64,000 nt of DNA from Anthoceros angustus (taxonomy: Eukaryota > Plantae > Anthocerotophyta), in NCBI GenBank assembly GCA_010909165.1, contig VJWM01000044.1, positions 310,001 through 374,000 on the forward strand, read 5' to 3'. The notes under the pieces are model-generated. The model was not told where the DNA came from and did no database searches. It was given only the letters and a program-made list of their open reading frames with translations. Below are positions 1 through 12,590 of the stretch, piece by piece. Made by a program: the position numbers and the translations under genes. Numbering within the stretch: the stretch's first letter is position 1; the number at the start of each line of letters is the position of its first letter.

Positions 1-17
1 GCCTTGCTTGTTGGGAA

Positions 18-1465
18 ATGAGAGTTGTGCGGTGGCGATTGGTGACCACGAGGCCTCGAACTTTCACACAAGTCTCATGGGGCGAAACCCAGCGTCTGAG
101 CGGCGATAAGTGTGGCGCTATAGTGGGAGGACACAGGGGTGCCCTGATTCTCCCTACCACACACACACTGCCTACTCCGCGAGAAATTGCCAAGTGGGAC
201 CGAGACAATGCCATAGCGGTGGCGATGCTTTGGCCGGACTCGGGATCTTGTCCCAGTGTTGAGTTCTACAACTCGCCGAGTGAGATCACGGGGCCACTTG
301 GAGAGACATACAAGGTCCAAAACTTAATGACACTTTCTGTGCGGACAGACAAGAGTTTTCGCCTTGGAAGATGAAGGACAAGGGGGGACAAAAGTGGCCG
401 ATTCCACACCTTAGAGCCCAGCTCACCTCGGCGGAGAAGATGTCGGAGGTAGATGCTGTGGCGCAGTTCCTCACAACCCTTCCTCCCTCCTACCAAACCT
501 TTGTCACTAGTCAGAACGGCCCCCTGCAAGCTGCTTCTACTGCCTCTGGTGCAACAACGACCATCACCTTGGAAGAAGTGATCGGTGCGTTGTTCCAGGA
601 GGAGCAAAGTCGCGCCTTCTCATCTGACGTTGTTAAGAACAAGATGGACAAGGTGTTAGCAGCCAACTTCCGCAGAGGCCAACCACCTAAGGACAGAGGA
701 AGACCGAGGAGCACCTCCCCACGGTCGTGGAGGCGTCCTCTACTAGGCGCCCGGTAAGCGCAATTGGTGCGCATACGGACCGGAACGGTAGTGAGTCTGA
801 AGAAAAGGCGGGTGAGCCCGGCTACAAACCCAAGTGTACCGGCGATCGAGGGGCGCTCGAGAGGCACGGTGAAGATACTCACGATGCGCCTGCTCCATGA
901 CGGCGGTTGTTGGTACCTCGACTCGGAGCTACCACACATGCAGGAATGAGAGTCTGTTCACCACCTTGACCTTGCCTCGGGGCCAACAAGGTCATGTTAG
1001 GCTGACAATGAGCGAGTGCTTGTGGATACAAGGCAAAATTGTGTATCTTCAAACTCAACGATGGCTCATATCTTTTCTTTGGAAGACGTCCTCTTCGTGC
1101 CCACCATGGCAAAGAACTTGATGTCCATGAGCCTCATGCGCCCAAAGAATTCAACTGCGAGCGGATCATGAGCACCTGCTGCTTCTGGTAGCTCCCCGGA
1201 CACCGTGGTGTTCAAGGACTACCTATCGGGATCTGTCACAGCTCAACATCACACTGGCCAAATTTGCACAACACTCATCTCGCTCTCACCGGAGCCCCTC
1301 GAGGCTTTTACGGAGAGAGGCGGACTCAACACTTTGTCCTCCCGGCCGGATATCACGCCGTACCACTGCGTACCGGCTACAGGCGGATCAAGCTGAGCTT
1401 CACCTAATCGCTGAAGCCTTCCTCTAATCCAATTATCCTAAATAGGGTATTAAGTTTAAGAGGGG
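18..1465 (+). mobile_element. Ty1/copia retrotransposon internal region: gag, protease, then the end of RNase H (integrase and RT missing), degenerate
   Basis: UBN2-type gag text FLTTLPPSYQTFVTS...TLEEVIGALFQEE (371-757). Protease WYLDS(G)ATTHM at 911-940 with a 1-bp slip, then VLFVPTMAKNLMS. RNase H tail motifs TVVFKD, ITLAKFAQHSSRSH and QAD at ~1200-1400. PPT AAGAGGGG at 1458-1465. Confidence 0.88.
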
Positions 1466-1739
1466 TGTTAGAGATAATAAGTAAACGTTAATATTATTTA
1501 GTGTCCTAATTATCTAGGCCATAGGGTTTAGCGAAGAGTCACCAGTGTCACTTTCCTAGTATTTAAACACCCATGCCTTATGGCCTTGTTAACCTAATTC
1601 ATTTGTTGAATTACAAGCTTAGCTCTCGCTACATTTTCTATACGGTTTCCCGATGTGTCCTTACTCCAGTGATCGCTACCTGTCCCTCCTTACCTTCGGA
1701 TCCCGATCAATGGTTTGAAGTCATATCTCCTTCCTTAGA
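1466..1739 (+). repeat. 3' LTR of the copia element (right end uncertain)
   Basis: TGTTAGAG starts directly after the PPT. AT-rich with a TATTTAAA box near 1560. A clean terminal CA was not identified. Confidence 0.6.
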
Positions 1740-2233
1740 AGTGTAGTTTTATGCAGCGAGTCCCGGCCGAGGGCCTTCTTGATACCTCGTACCCCAGTCC
1801 GGCGGGCTGATGACCCACAGTCCAATGTGTAGGTGCCCCTGCTGTGGTTGCTTGACTCGACAACTCCCATACAGCGCGCCGTGACATGTCCGCATATCCC
1901 AGGGTTTTGGTGGATGGCTCAAATCTTATGAACCCTAACGCTTGCTGTGGCCTCCGTGATGAGGTTGACTCGACCCGTGTCCAAGGGTACGCGTTTTTAA
2001 TCACGCCTCCTGATTTGTTCTGCAACCACCTGCTCAGGGGTCCATATGATACCACTACCTCCACGTTCTGGTCCCACGACCGAGCGTTTAGCCGTGGTTG
2101 TGTCTCCTTGATGGCCTCCGGACTTCTGCGATACTTCGGATTGTCTCTTAACAACTGTCTGAGTGACACCAGGTGTTGTTGGTCCATCATCAAGTCAGCC
2201 ACCTTGAAGGGCGTGGGCGGCTCCGAGTCGCGT
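1740..2233 (-). mobile_element. Fragment of a different Ty3/gypsy element (gag-protease region)
   Basis: Minus strand reads LVSLRQLLRDNPKYR and, after a frameshift, LDTG(x)VNLITEATA..LG (retropepsin motif). It is cut off by the Athila-like LTR at 2234. Confidence 0.6.
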
Positions 2234-3114
2234 TGTGGTAGGTTTGCCTCGGTCACGGGCTGCCTCGGTGGCCACACTTATCCCATCGTTGAATCGTGGG
2301 TTCGATCCCAAGAGATTTGGTTCGGATTGTTGCGGTCGTTCCTCTCACTCTCTCACTCTCGTCATTGCCGGTCTACTTGTCCTCGATGTGGGCAACAAGC
2401 GGTGTTATGCGTTTGGGTTGCTCCGGCGCGCTCCACGCCTTCCGATTCCCTCCACCTCAACACTCTCCTCCGCCAACCAACGATCAATCAATTCACTCTA
2501 CGACACACCCATAGCCAACCTCTTCACCATTCTCAAAAGAAACATAGCTCACGGACCACATACAGACTCACTTCATTCGATCCCCAAATCTAACTCTACT
2601 CGAACGTTCGCGCCTCCCTTGCGGCACAACCGCCTGACGGCTAGTGGGTATTTCTCTCCGATTGCTGGTACGAACACACGCGAGCGTAGTGGCCATCCGC
2701 AGGGGGCCACCCAACAAACACAAAGCACATCCAACAACAATCTTTCACGAGAGGAGGAGCTGCGTGAGCGAACCCACCGCGACCTCCTCAACCCCACCTT
2801 CGCCTTCCGTCTGACGGTCACACACACACAAAGGGATGCGCCGGAGGCGAAGAATGCATGACAAAGCAAGGTCCGGTGTTTATTCATTCTTCCACCCTCC
2901 CTTTTATAGGTGGGGAGTCGGCGCTCGTGCTAGTTTAATGCTAGGGCGACTTGCCAAGTCCAACAATAGGACTCTTGTCGCCCAGTTCGTCCTCTCCGAT
3001 CCGGCTCACCTTGACGAATATCCTATCATCTATCTGCCGCCACTCTTAAATACTCACACTTCCCAAGGTGTGCACCACTTGGGACAAAACGTCCTCTTGA
3101 AAAGGTCCTCGACA
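2234..3114 (-). repeat. 3' LTR of element A (~880 bp; inner boundary approximate)
   Basis: Homologous to 13712-14626. The minus strand has CCTATAAAAGGGAGG (TATA) near 2905. Tentative termini are TGTCG...CCACA. Confidence 0.6.
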
Positions 3115-3166
3115 TCCTCGTTCGGCTTTTGTTCGCGACTTCAATGTCTTCCCCTTGATGGGTCGC

Positions 3167-5750
3167 TTAGCCTTGCCCACCTCCGAGTCTTCTCGGGACT
3201 ATGCAGTAGCACCGCCTCGCCCATCGGTGGTAGGTCTTCCTTTGGTAGGAGGTTCCATTCCTCCTACTGTTCATCCTCGATGGGTTCCTCCCCTCTTTCT
3301 CGTCTTCTTGGTAGGCGGTTCGTCTCCTACCTACCTGGATCTTGCTATGGGTTCCTTCCCTCACGGCTGGGTTTTCGTGAGGAGGTACCCTTCCTTGGTC
3401 ACCTCCTCCTCTTCAGCAGTTCCTACAGTAGGAACTTTGGTAAATACCATCCTATCGGTCTCTTCCTCCCGCTTGATAGCTCCACCTCTCGGGAGGTTCT
3501 CGGCGTCGCCGTAGGTGCTTCTGGCTCGCCATGTCTAGCCACCGCTTTCCTTGTACCAACTCAAAGTTTGACCTCCGTTGCCATTCCACTTCGTAAGTGA
3601 GGTCTGCTTTCTTCGCCTTCCTCACCGTTCCTCAATCGCTTCAGGAGGTTGTTGTTGTAGGTCGCCACCCTACCACTCTCCTTCTTTTGTGCGTCCATGA
3701 TGCGGACCCTTAGTGGGATGACGACTCGTCCCACCCGGATTTGTCACTCCTACCAATGCGGCCTCTTTCTCCACTACCGCTCTCCAACCTGTGGCAAGCC
3801 TCCCAATCTCCTTATCTTTCTCCATGGCTTCCATCGCCATGCGTTTCACTATGGCGCTGCCTCGCTCCTCGAATGACCAAGACCCTCCAAAGATCGTTGG
3901 GCCATCAAAACTTCCTTCCCAGCCTTCCTTGCCTCCGTTTCATAGGCGTGGGTAAGGTCGTTCTTTTTTTGCTCCAAAAGTTCTCGTGTAAGCTCCTCTT
4001 TGTGACCCTTAGTCACATTGTCCCATCCTTGTCGTTCCTTCACCAAGGTCGATTTTCCCTTGTAATGCTCCTTCCGTTGCTCCATGGCAACTAACTTCTT
4101 CAGGAGGTCCTTCTCGTCTTCAAGGTCCGGCCTTGCTAGCAGATGCCGCCTCCTCCGGCTCGATGTGTCCTACCCTTGCTAGGGTAGCTTCCAACTTCCT
4201 TCCGCCTCCTTCTGGCGCTTCCAACTCCTCACCCTCTTGGCTGATTTTGCCTCGTCCTAAGACAATCAATCATTTCCCACACATTCACCAACTTGGTGGT
4301 CATCTGTCGCTCTTTGGCGGATCTAGCACGGAGTGTTGCTTCTGAGGTGGTTTTGAGCTCCTCTCAATTTCTTCTCATCCTCCTTTTTCAGGGTCTCAAG
4401 TTCGGCGAACTCGGCCACCGACACACGGTCCACTAGGGCGTCCATAGATCCTGCGCCCACTTCCTTCTCACCAAGAACACTACCCTGTAGGGATGCCTCT
4501 CAACACTTCCTCCGCCTCCTCCTGGTGCGTAGGTCACCAACGCCTCGGCGTTCTTCTCCGCCACCGCCTCAAGTCTTGTTACTACTTCTTGGTAGGAGCT
4601 CCCACGTAGGTCCTCCGTCCTCCACAGGTCCTCGTAGGGGTTCACTCCCTACCCTGGTGTTGTCTTCAATCCTCAACCCTCGGTAGGTGGTCTCGTATCC
4701 TTTCCTCCTTCCTCCGTAGGAGGGCTTCTATGGCCTTCTTCCCTTTCTCTTGTTGGGTTCCGATCCACGAGGCCTCATGTTGGTTCATGGGCGTGGCGGT
4801 CTCTTGCCGGGGCCTCTGTCACTGTCTCTTCATCCTCAGGGCTCTCCTTCCGCTACCCTCACCGGAGTAGCTTCTATCTTGGCTTCTTCCATTTCGTCTG
4901 TAGAACCTCCTCCCTCGATATAGGTGTCTACGAGGAAGGTAGAGACAAAGCGATTCTTGCTCCTCCATCACCAAATGGTTCGTGCGCAACCTTTGTTCAT
5001 ACAGAATGGTGGCCCAATCCACCAACTTCCAGACATCTCATACATCATCATTAAATGGGAATTTCCAGTCGTCTTCCTCGCGCGCCGTTAGTCAGCCATA
5101 TCTTGGCGAATAAATTCCACTTCCGCTCCTTGAACAAAGAGATCCTCCACCATTGCCTTGCGACCATACTTCCTCCTTTGGTCGTAGGAACATCATAACC
5201 TCCTCCGGATCGATTCTTGAAGGAGGCGCGGAATGATCCCTCCCTTGTGGGCTTCCGGTATCAAATCGTATCCGGAAATGCGTACCTTCCACATCCCGGG
5301 ATGACTTGATGTCGCATCCTCAGGGTCCGCCTTGGTCACTCTCATTAGTCACTCACAGACCAAGGGGCTGCAAAGTGCCACCCGGTACCAAGTACAACCA
5401 TTCCATCTTCATCTCGGGCGCGTGGCGACGCCTCAAATCTCGAGGTGAAATTTGGGCGGCCTACTCGAACTCGGGGAATTGGGTGTTTCTTACCTTTTCC
5501 CTTGTGGGCGGTGGCGGCGGAGGTTTCCTCCCGTGGGAGTACCCCGTTCCGTCCTCACTATCTTTACCATCGCGCAGGAGCACACACAAGGATAGCAAAA
5601 TTGGAGATTGGAGGTAATCTATCGGGCTAAGAGAGTGGAGAGCAAAGAGGTGGTGGTTTGGGTGAGAGACAGCAAGGAGTTCTTCCGCTCCTCGGCAGTC
5701 GGCCTCACGCAACCACTAAGAGGTGGCCTTGGCCCCTTCAATCTCCCCTC
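3167..5750 (-). pseudogene. Extra ORF downstream of pol (Athila ORF2/env-position ORF), frameshifted, coiled-coil-rich
   Basis: Successive minus-strand fragments HHLFALHSLSPIDYL, VDWATILYEQ, YQEVVTRLEAVAEKNAEAL and EELTRELLEQKKNDLTHAYETEAR. A homologous copy lies at ~15.7-18.4 kb. Confidence 0.6.
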
Positions 5751-6382
5751 CAGCAACTTCTCCACCTTGCCTTTTGACGGTAGCCTTCTCACCTCGCGCC
5801 TCTCACAATCGCCTCCTCGAGCACCTCCACTCGCCTGGATCCCCTCCGAACTCCTTTCCGGCCATCGCTCATGCCCCTAGCTCGCTGGATGCCCCCTCGC
5901 TCCTCGCCAGTTCGCTCTCCCCTCCGCCTGTCGGCCCAGCCGCTCGCCTTCCTTCTTGGCAACTCCACTTACTCCCTCGGCCCCGCCCACTGCGGTTCGC
6001 TGGCCGTTCAAAACCACGGCTAACGGGTTTGCGGTACATGCAAATCGCCTTAATGGCGCTCCTCCTCTGGGCGCCACGTGTCCGGTTCAAAACTCCAGCC
6101 ATTTTCCATCTACAACTTAACTAGCCCTTTTGGCATATATAGCCATGCGGAACCTAAATAATTCAAGGCCAAGGAACTTCCTATCCCCAATATTCCTACT
6201 CCCCATGGTCCAAGGAACTTTCGGAACCTATCATGCCTATATATGCTTCTATCTACCCATACTTCCCGATCGAACCTCCTCAGTGCCGATTCGATTAAGT
6301 CCGAACTCCCTCGGACGTCCTACCATCTTCCTACATTTCTATCGACCTACCTACTACACTGAACCCGACTATTCATCCTTGG

Positions 6383-9300
6383 TCAGTCTCCCCTGCGCGT
6401 CTTGGGTGACCAAAATTCTTCGTTCCACATGCTCCTCTCCCCATCTGTTTGCGCCCCGCAAACATCCTCGGGTGTGAAGTACTTCTTGATCTTCCACCCA
6501 TTCACTCTGGTAGGAAGTAGTTCCCCCAGTAGACTTTCCAACTGCACTGACCCATTTTCATAGACTGTTACAACCCGCATAGGCCCCATCCATCTCAGGC
6601 GTAGCTTCCCAGGAAAATCTAAATACCTACTATCGTAAAGGAGCACCAAGTCTCCCGCTACTATAGGGTCCTGAAGTCGAAGCCTCCCATCGTGCCTCTC
6701 CTTCCTCTCTGTTCCTCATGTCTCCTCTAAGGCATCGTCCTAGTTTCCTCATGCCTCAAATTCTTCCAACCTTGTTCACTATCTTCCACCGTCATTCGCT
6801 CATCTTCCATAATTCTATCGTTGGTACCTCAAACTCGGCATTACGGGTGACATACCGTATGTCGAGATAATCTGATGTCTTCTTGTGGTCACCTTCTCCA
6901 TGATCCGAAAGCCCATAGCACGGAATGTAGCTTGGTATCCCGATCATACATATGGGAGTCACTTTGTCAAAATGTTGCATAGTAACCCATTTGTCTTCTC
7001 GTGAGTCCGTTGGCTTTCGGGTTGTAAGGCGTAGTCTTCCATGTCGAATGTTGAAATAGGCGATCCTGACTCGATTATCTTTGTTGAAATCGTCCCTCGA
7101 TCGCTAACAAGTTCCGGTGGGCATCCATACCTTGTGATAATCCGTTCAAACAAAAACTTGGCGGCGGTGGGCGCATCATCCTTCCTGTCGCCGCCTCTAC
7201 CATCTTTGTGCGATGTCTGCAGCGAATGTCTTTGCTGGTGGTGGTCGAATAGGTCCCACAAAATCAATTCCCCATTTTCGAAAGGTGCGGTGGTAGGATG
7301 TACGTTAGAGGCCAGGTGTCGTGGGCCTCCCGTTCGACAAGCATCACAACTCGATGAATAACCATACATCTCTATACATGTATCCCACCAAAACCACTGG
7401 TTAGAATCTTCTTTGTTGTGATTGTGGCGGAATAGTGTCCTCCTGCTTCCTCGTGTGCAAGGCTTCTATCACCATGGCTTTCTCATTCCCCTCCAAACAT
7501 CTTGAATCACCTCATCATTTAATTTACAATACTCCCTTGCGATGCAATATGGTGCCGCCTGTGTATGAACACAACTCCTTCCTTTGATAAATCCACGGCA
7601 ACTCCCCATGCTCTAAATACCTCGACCTCGGCGTTGATGTGTCGTGGACACGCACGCCCCTCCCCTGCTTCTCTTACGGTGCGGGGTTTACGTCGGGTTG
7701 CGTAGTCCTTGGTCTGTGGCGTCCCCTCCGGTTCTCGATGCTCGCGATATCCGGAGGAGTCCCCAAGCTCCGCCGTTTCCTCGATCCGTCCTTCTGCGGT
7801 GCCTCCTGCCGTCTTTCGATCATGCTTTCGCTACCAACTCCTCATCCGGGAACTTATCGTTCGGTGGTGACGCTTCCCTTCATTCGTAGTCGAAATGAAG
7901 TCGGCGTTCACATGTTGCTTCAGCCCGTGTTTCCACCTCATAATCGAATTCCAGAATATCCATCGCGATTCGTCCGGATAGATCGGGTTTGTTTACCAAG
8001 TACTTCAATGCGAAATGGTCCACATGGAACACAACTTTGCAAGCCGGCGAGATAGTGTCGAAATTTCTTGCGAGAATAGATGATGCCAAGAGCTTCTCTT
8101 TCGATCGTGGAGTAGTTCCGTTACGCATCCGAAAGTTGGCGTCTGCATAGAAGATCGGCCTATCATGCTTCTTTCCATCACGTTGACTCGGGATGGCCCC
8201 TATGGCATAGGCGATACATCCACAAAGACATGAAAAGGTTCTTCCCGGTTGGGGGTTGCAATCGGTGCCCGCCAAGCTCTTTTCAAACTTAGGGCGCTTC
8301 ACTGCTCGGCCGATCAAAGGAACATCTTTCTTGATGGTTGCGTGAGAGGTCGCCTTCTTTGCAAAATCAATGATGAATCTCTGTAGTATCCCACCAAGCC
8401 GATGAAGGCTCGAACTTGCCTTACCGTTTGAGCATCCATCTCGTGATGACTCGACCTTTTCCTATCCACCTCCAAACCTCGCTTGAAACACGATGTGCAG
8501 GATTCTTCATCATTCCGAAATAACATTTGCTGGGTGTAACTTCAAATTGGTTTCTCTACATACAGTAACTGGCGAAGATGTCCCAAGTGCGCTCTCTTCC
8601 CAAACACACAAAAGTCATCCGAAATACTTCCATGAATTTCCTCGGTACTCTCGGAAAATGGTATTCACTACTCTACGAAGGTGGCGGGGGCATTGCAAAG
8701 ACCAAAGGGTAATTTGGCATATGCAAACGTCCCCAATCGATAGCGTTGTTTTGTCTGATCTTCCTTTCTCGAGTGATCGATTGTATCCACGAATACCCGT
8801 CTAAGCTGTACATCTCATGCCTGCGACCGTGTCCAATACACTATCCATAAGCGGCAAAGGGTGATGGTCTTTCTTAGTTGCCTCATTCAACTTCACGAAA
8901 TCTGACACGAACTTTCCCTGTTGCTTCTTAGGCACAATCACAATCGGTGCCACCCATTCGCTTGTGAGCAGGATAGATTACTCACTCCGGAATCTTGATC
9001 CAATTGCTCCTTCACCACTAGAGAATACTTTGGATTGAGTCGTCTTGCTTGATCCTCACCGAGTCGCTCCTTCCTTCAAGTCGATTCGGTGCACTCCCAA
9101 CTCCTCGGTATACGGTCATTTCGGTTACCTTGAAGCGAAACAATCTATGTATTCCAACAACGGTGATGGAGTTGTTTCTTCTCTTTGTTCGCGGATGCGC
9201 ATACCATGACTTTCTTCCGGGGCCAGCTCCATTTCCTCTAAGGCTCTCAGATCCCTTTGGTCCGTCCGGACAACTTCCGAGTGGCCGTTCCTTCATCGGA

Positions 9301-9830
9301 AAATCTTCATTGTCGGCTTTCCTTATCCAAGGATGCTTTCGTCCCTTCTCCATTGTACTCGATTCTTCTCTATCTCGACTTGGAAAAGTCAACAAGCAGC
9401 GGGACAATACGTTTGATCATCGATCGAAGAATTTTCCTCTCCTCTGTCTCCTCCCCAACCTCGGAGGTGTACTCCTCGGTGAGGATTAGTTTCCCTTCAT
9501 AGGTTTCCTTGCTCCGACTCACGAGGCATGAGCCAGCGGCATGCCCTTGAGCGATAATTTCCTTCTTCCCCAATCAAGCGGCTTTTCTGTGTATAGCCAT
9601 GGCCTCCCTATCAACACTTGATACCCAGGTCGGACGGTCGCATGACCACATAAGTCAAAGGAAAACAATGCCTCCAATGTTAGTGGGTATCGCGAAGTAC
9701 CCAGCGGTCGCGCGTCGATCCGCCATTCGAAGAATGGTGCGTGTCTCGAACTTGGTGTATCCTAGTTTGCTGGCCGTTTCTTCCATCATCAGTTAACCGA
9801 GCGGAGTCGATGGTACCGCCTTATCAAGCA
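6383..9830 (-). pseudogene. pol: pol of element A: protease, RT, RNase H, integrase (many frameshifts)
   Basis: PR: IDS(G)SSVN...LIGRPWL (9590-9830). RT: DFxKLNEATKKDHHPLPLMDSVLD, LPFGLCNAP, FMEVFxDDF. RH: VFHVDHFALKYLVNKPDLSGRIA. INT: CDAC, PFEKWGIDFVGP (frame-joined), YGCPPELVSDRG, VLLYDSRYLDFPGKLRLRWMGP...VNGWKIKKY. Confidence 0.92.
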
Positions 9831-10049
9831 TCCGTTCACTTGACCGATATTTCACGGCACCCAAATCCATGAGTTCCACAACTTTCAATCCGTAATTCGT
9901 TTACGGTTTTACGTATTGAGTCCCTTTCGCCGCTTCTCGCATCATCGTCGATACTTGGGGTTGTCGGACAAGAGTTGTCGAAATGTCACAAGGAATTCTT
10001 GATCCAACGAGTTACCGGTGACCTTCTCAATGAGAGGGTCTTCTTTCCT

Positions 10050-12590
10050 CCGATTACTTCTTCTTGCGTAACCCTCCATCTTTTGTCATCACTCCCCTGA
10101 CCCATGGTTTACGGGGTGCATGTTTCACTTTCTGAGTGAGTTTCCGTAATTCGGCATCGAGCATGGCCACCTCTGGCGATGTCGGTGTGAATTTGAAACC
10201 TTGGACCGCCCTCCCTCGGTGGCCCGGTCTCGTGGCCGTTTCTTCATCTCTCATGTCACTTCCTCGGCATTCTTCTTTTCTTTCGCTCGGATTCGCCCAT
10301 CTCCGAACTTCCAATTTCGAGCATTCCCTTGTCGTGAGGTGTCGTCCCTCCTTCCGTCTTGGCCGAGTGGCGGCGCGTGCGACTAACTCGTCTTCTCCGG
10401 AGATATGCAGTCCACTTCCACTTCCAACCATTGCCTTCTTGCTCCTCTCCCCAGCGTTCGCCATCTTCTACTTCCACTGTCTGGGGGTGGGCACGAGAGT
10501 GTCTCTGGGTTTGGTGGAATCTCCTCTGTCACCCGGTTAGCGAATCACCACAGTGCAGCGAGAATGGTCTTGGGCCCCGTACATCTTGCATCTCCGCTAT
10601 ATGACTGCGCCTTGCAGACTGACGGAAGGGGTGTATCTGTCGCCTTGGTTACGGACATGCATTCGCATAATGATCAGGACAGTTGTAACAATGGCCGGTA
10701 CACTACAGGGTCGTTGAGAGGATTCTTCCATTGATTCGCGATTGCCTTGGACCATACCTCATCCCTTTGGGTGATCTTGGGTTGATAGGTGGCTCTCATG
10801 GATTGAGGCGGTCGAGCTCACATCCTGCATCGATACACCTCCTCTCACGAATAGTATGGGTCTAGATCGTACTCCACGATTGACCCATCGTGTCTTGAGG
10901 CGGCATTCACGATGCGTATGGCTGGTGATGACAATTGCTACAAAAGACTTGCTGCCGGGTAGGGAAGGAGATCGTCGTCGGTCGATTCTTGACTAATTTG
11001 ATCTCGATGTCCGACCGTTTCATCACATCTTCCAAATTGGTGTCTTGGCTGACGACCTTCCATTCGTTCCCTTTTCCCTTCTCACAACCTTCGTGGCGTT
11101 TTCTCTTGTCTCTCTCCTTCTTCTTGACAAATGTTCCAAGTCTTTTTCACTCGCTTATGATGTGCTTCTTCCGATTCGCTATCATCCGTCCGGATGTTGA
11201 ATTCTCTTGAGATGATGATGGTTCCGGAGTGTCTTGGTCGATTCTTGACGAACTTGAAGGCGATGTCTCTTCCTTCTTCCTCTTGCCACTCGCTTTCTTC
11301 CGTCTTCTCCTCCCGAGAGGCGGCCTCCCAAGGTGCTCGAATGCCTTCCTCCAAGGTATCATTGCCCTCGGCGGTGAATCTCCATCTTCGTGGTAGTCCA
11401 GACGAACCAATCCAACGCTTGTTCTTCCGAATACGCTTGTGATTCTCCTCCGTGTTGTCCACTCTCGGAGGTATCTTCTCGAGCGTAAAACCTCCACATA
11501 ATCGAGCAAGGATTCTTTCTTCTTTCGCTTGGTCGAAGTTTTGTTAACACATGGGTGTGGCTCAAACCCAACGAATAAGGAAATCAGCTAAACAACCAAC
11601 GGTGGGTGGGGTAGAGAACTTCGGCATACCATTGTTGCGGGTCCTATGATCTGGAAAAATCCGTGCGATCGCCGAGGAATCCTCGATGTTAGCCCTCGAG
11701 ATGGATTGAAAAGTTTTACAAAACTTTCGGCATCGATGTCGTCCTCCTTCTTGGATCCAAATTTGGGATATGGCTGCCTTGTGTGCGGGTGATGAGGGCT
11801 TGCTCCTCCGTCGGCTCCTCCGCTCCGCTCATGGCTATGGGCAAAGGTGTCGATCTTGTCGCGAAGTCGTCACTGAGTAAGTGAGAAACTCGGGCCGCTC
11901 TGGCTCGTGGGTTGTGAACCTGGTTGTGTCTTCGCTCGCTCCCACAATTCTTGCTTCTTCTCTCGCGCCTCGCTACATTGCGCAACTTCCGCTGTCGAGC
12001 CAAATGATCGAGATATTGTCGATTGTAAGTGTCCCAATCCTTGCTCCTGATGCGATCAACGCCGCCCGTATGGCTGCCTCCCGAGCTCTCTCGGTAACAA
12101 ATTCAGCGTGACGCTCGTTGACTCCCCTCCGGAGGTGATCTCTGTCAAACAAGACGTCTTCCTCGTCAGGCTCTGAGTCCGAAAAATCTTCTAAGGTGTC
12201 AGTGTCGGAAGAGGATGCAGGTACGTTTCGGACGGGTGGTAGCGGCAGGACCACCCCTTCTTCCCTCTCAGATTCTTTTGCACCGTTCGTGGGCGATATT
12301 AACTCCACGGTCGTGCACTCTCGAAGGGTGCGCAAAGAAATGAGCACGGCCTCCGTTGCTGATTCCGCTGTCTTCTTGATGTTCCAAAGTACCACGGCTC
12401 CCGTCCGTGGGTAGGGCGCTGTCGGACCTTTCTCCCGCAAAACAATCGAGACAACCTAAGCGTGGTGACGATCGTTGTCGTACTTTCTTCCTCATGAAGC
12501 TTCAGCTTCGCACTGCTCGCCACCTCCACTCTAGCGCGAGCTACGGCTAACCTCTCGGGATTGCCTCTATCCGTCGATACTCATCCCTTC
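10050..12590 (-). pseudogene. gag: gag region of element A with acidic N-terminal extension
   Basis: Minus strand SRHDGSIVEYD near 10880 resembles the LxQ-GS-VxEY Retrotrans_gag motif. The ORF at 11973-12440 contains SSSDTDTLEDFSDSEPDEED. Position is between the PBS and the protease. Confidence 0.6.

Noticed and set aside
2234-6114. A single 3.9 kb LTR ending at TCTACA (6114)
   Set aside because: Homology with the second copy continues to ~6425 and the block contains a long ORF. A ~0.9 kb LTR plus shared 3' region is more parsimonious, though not proven.
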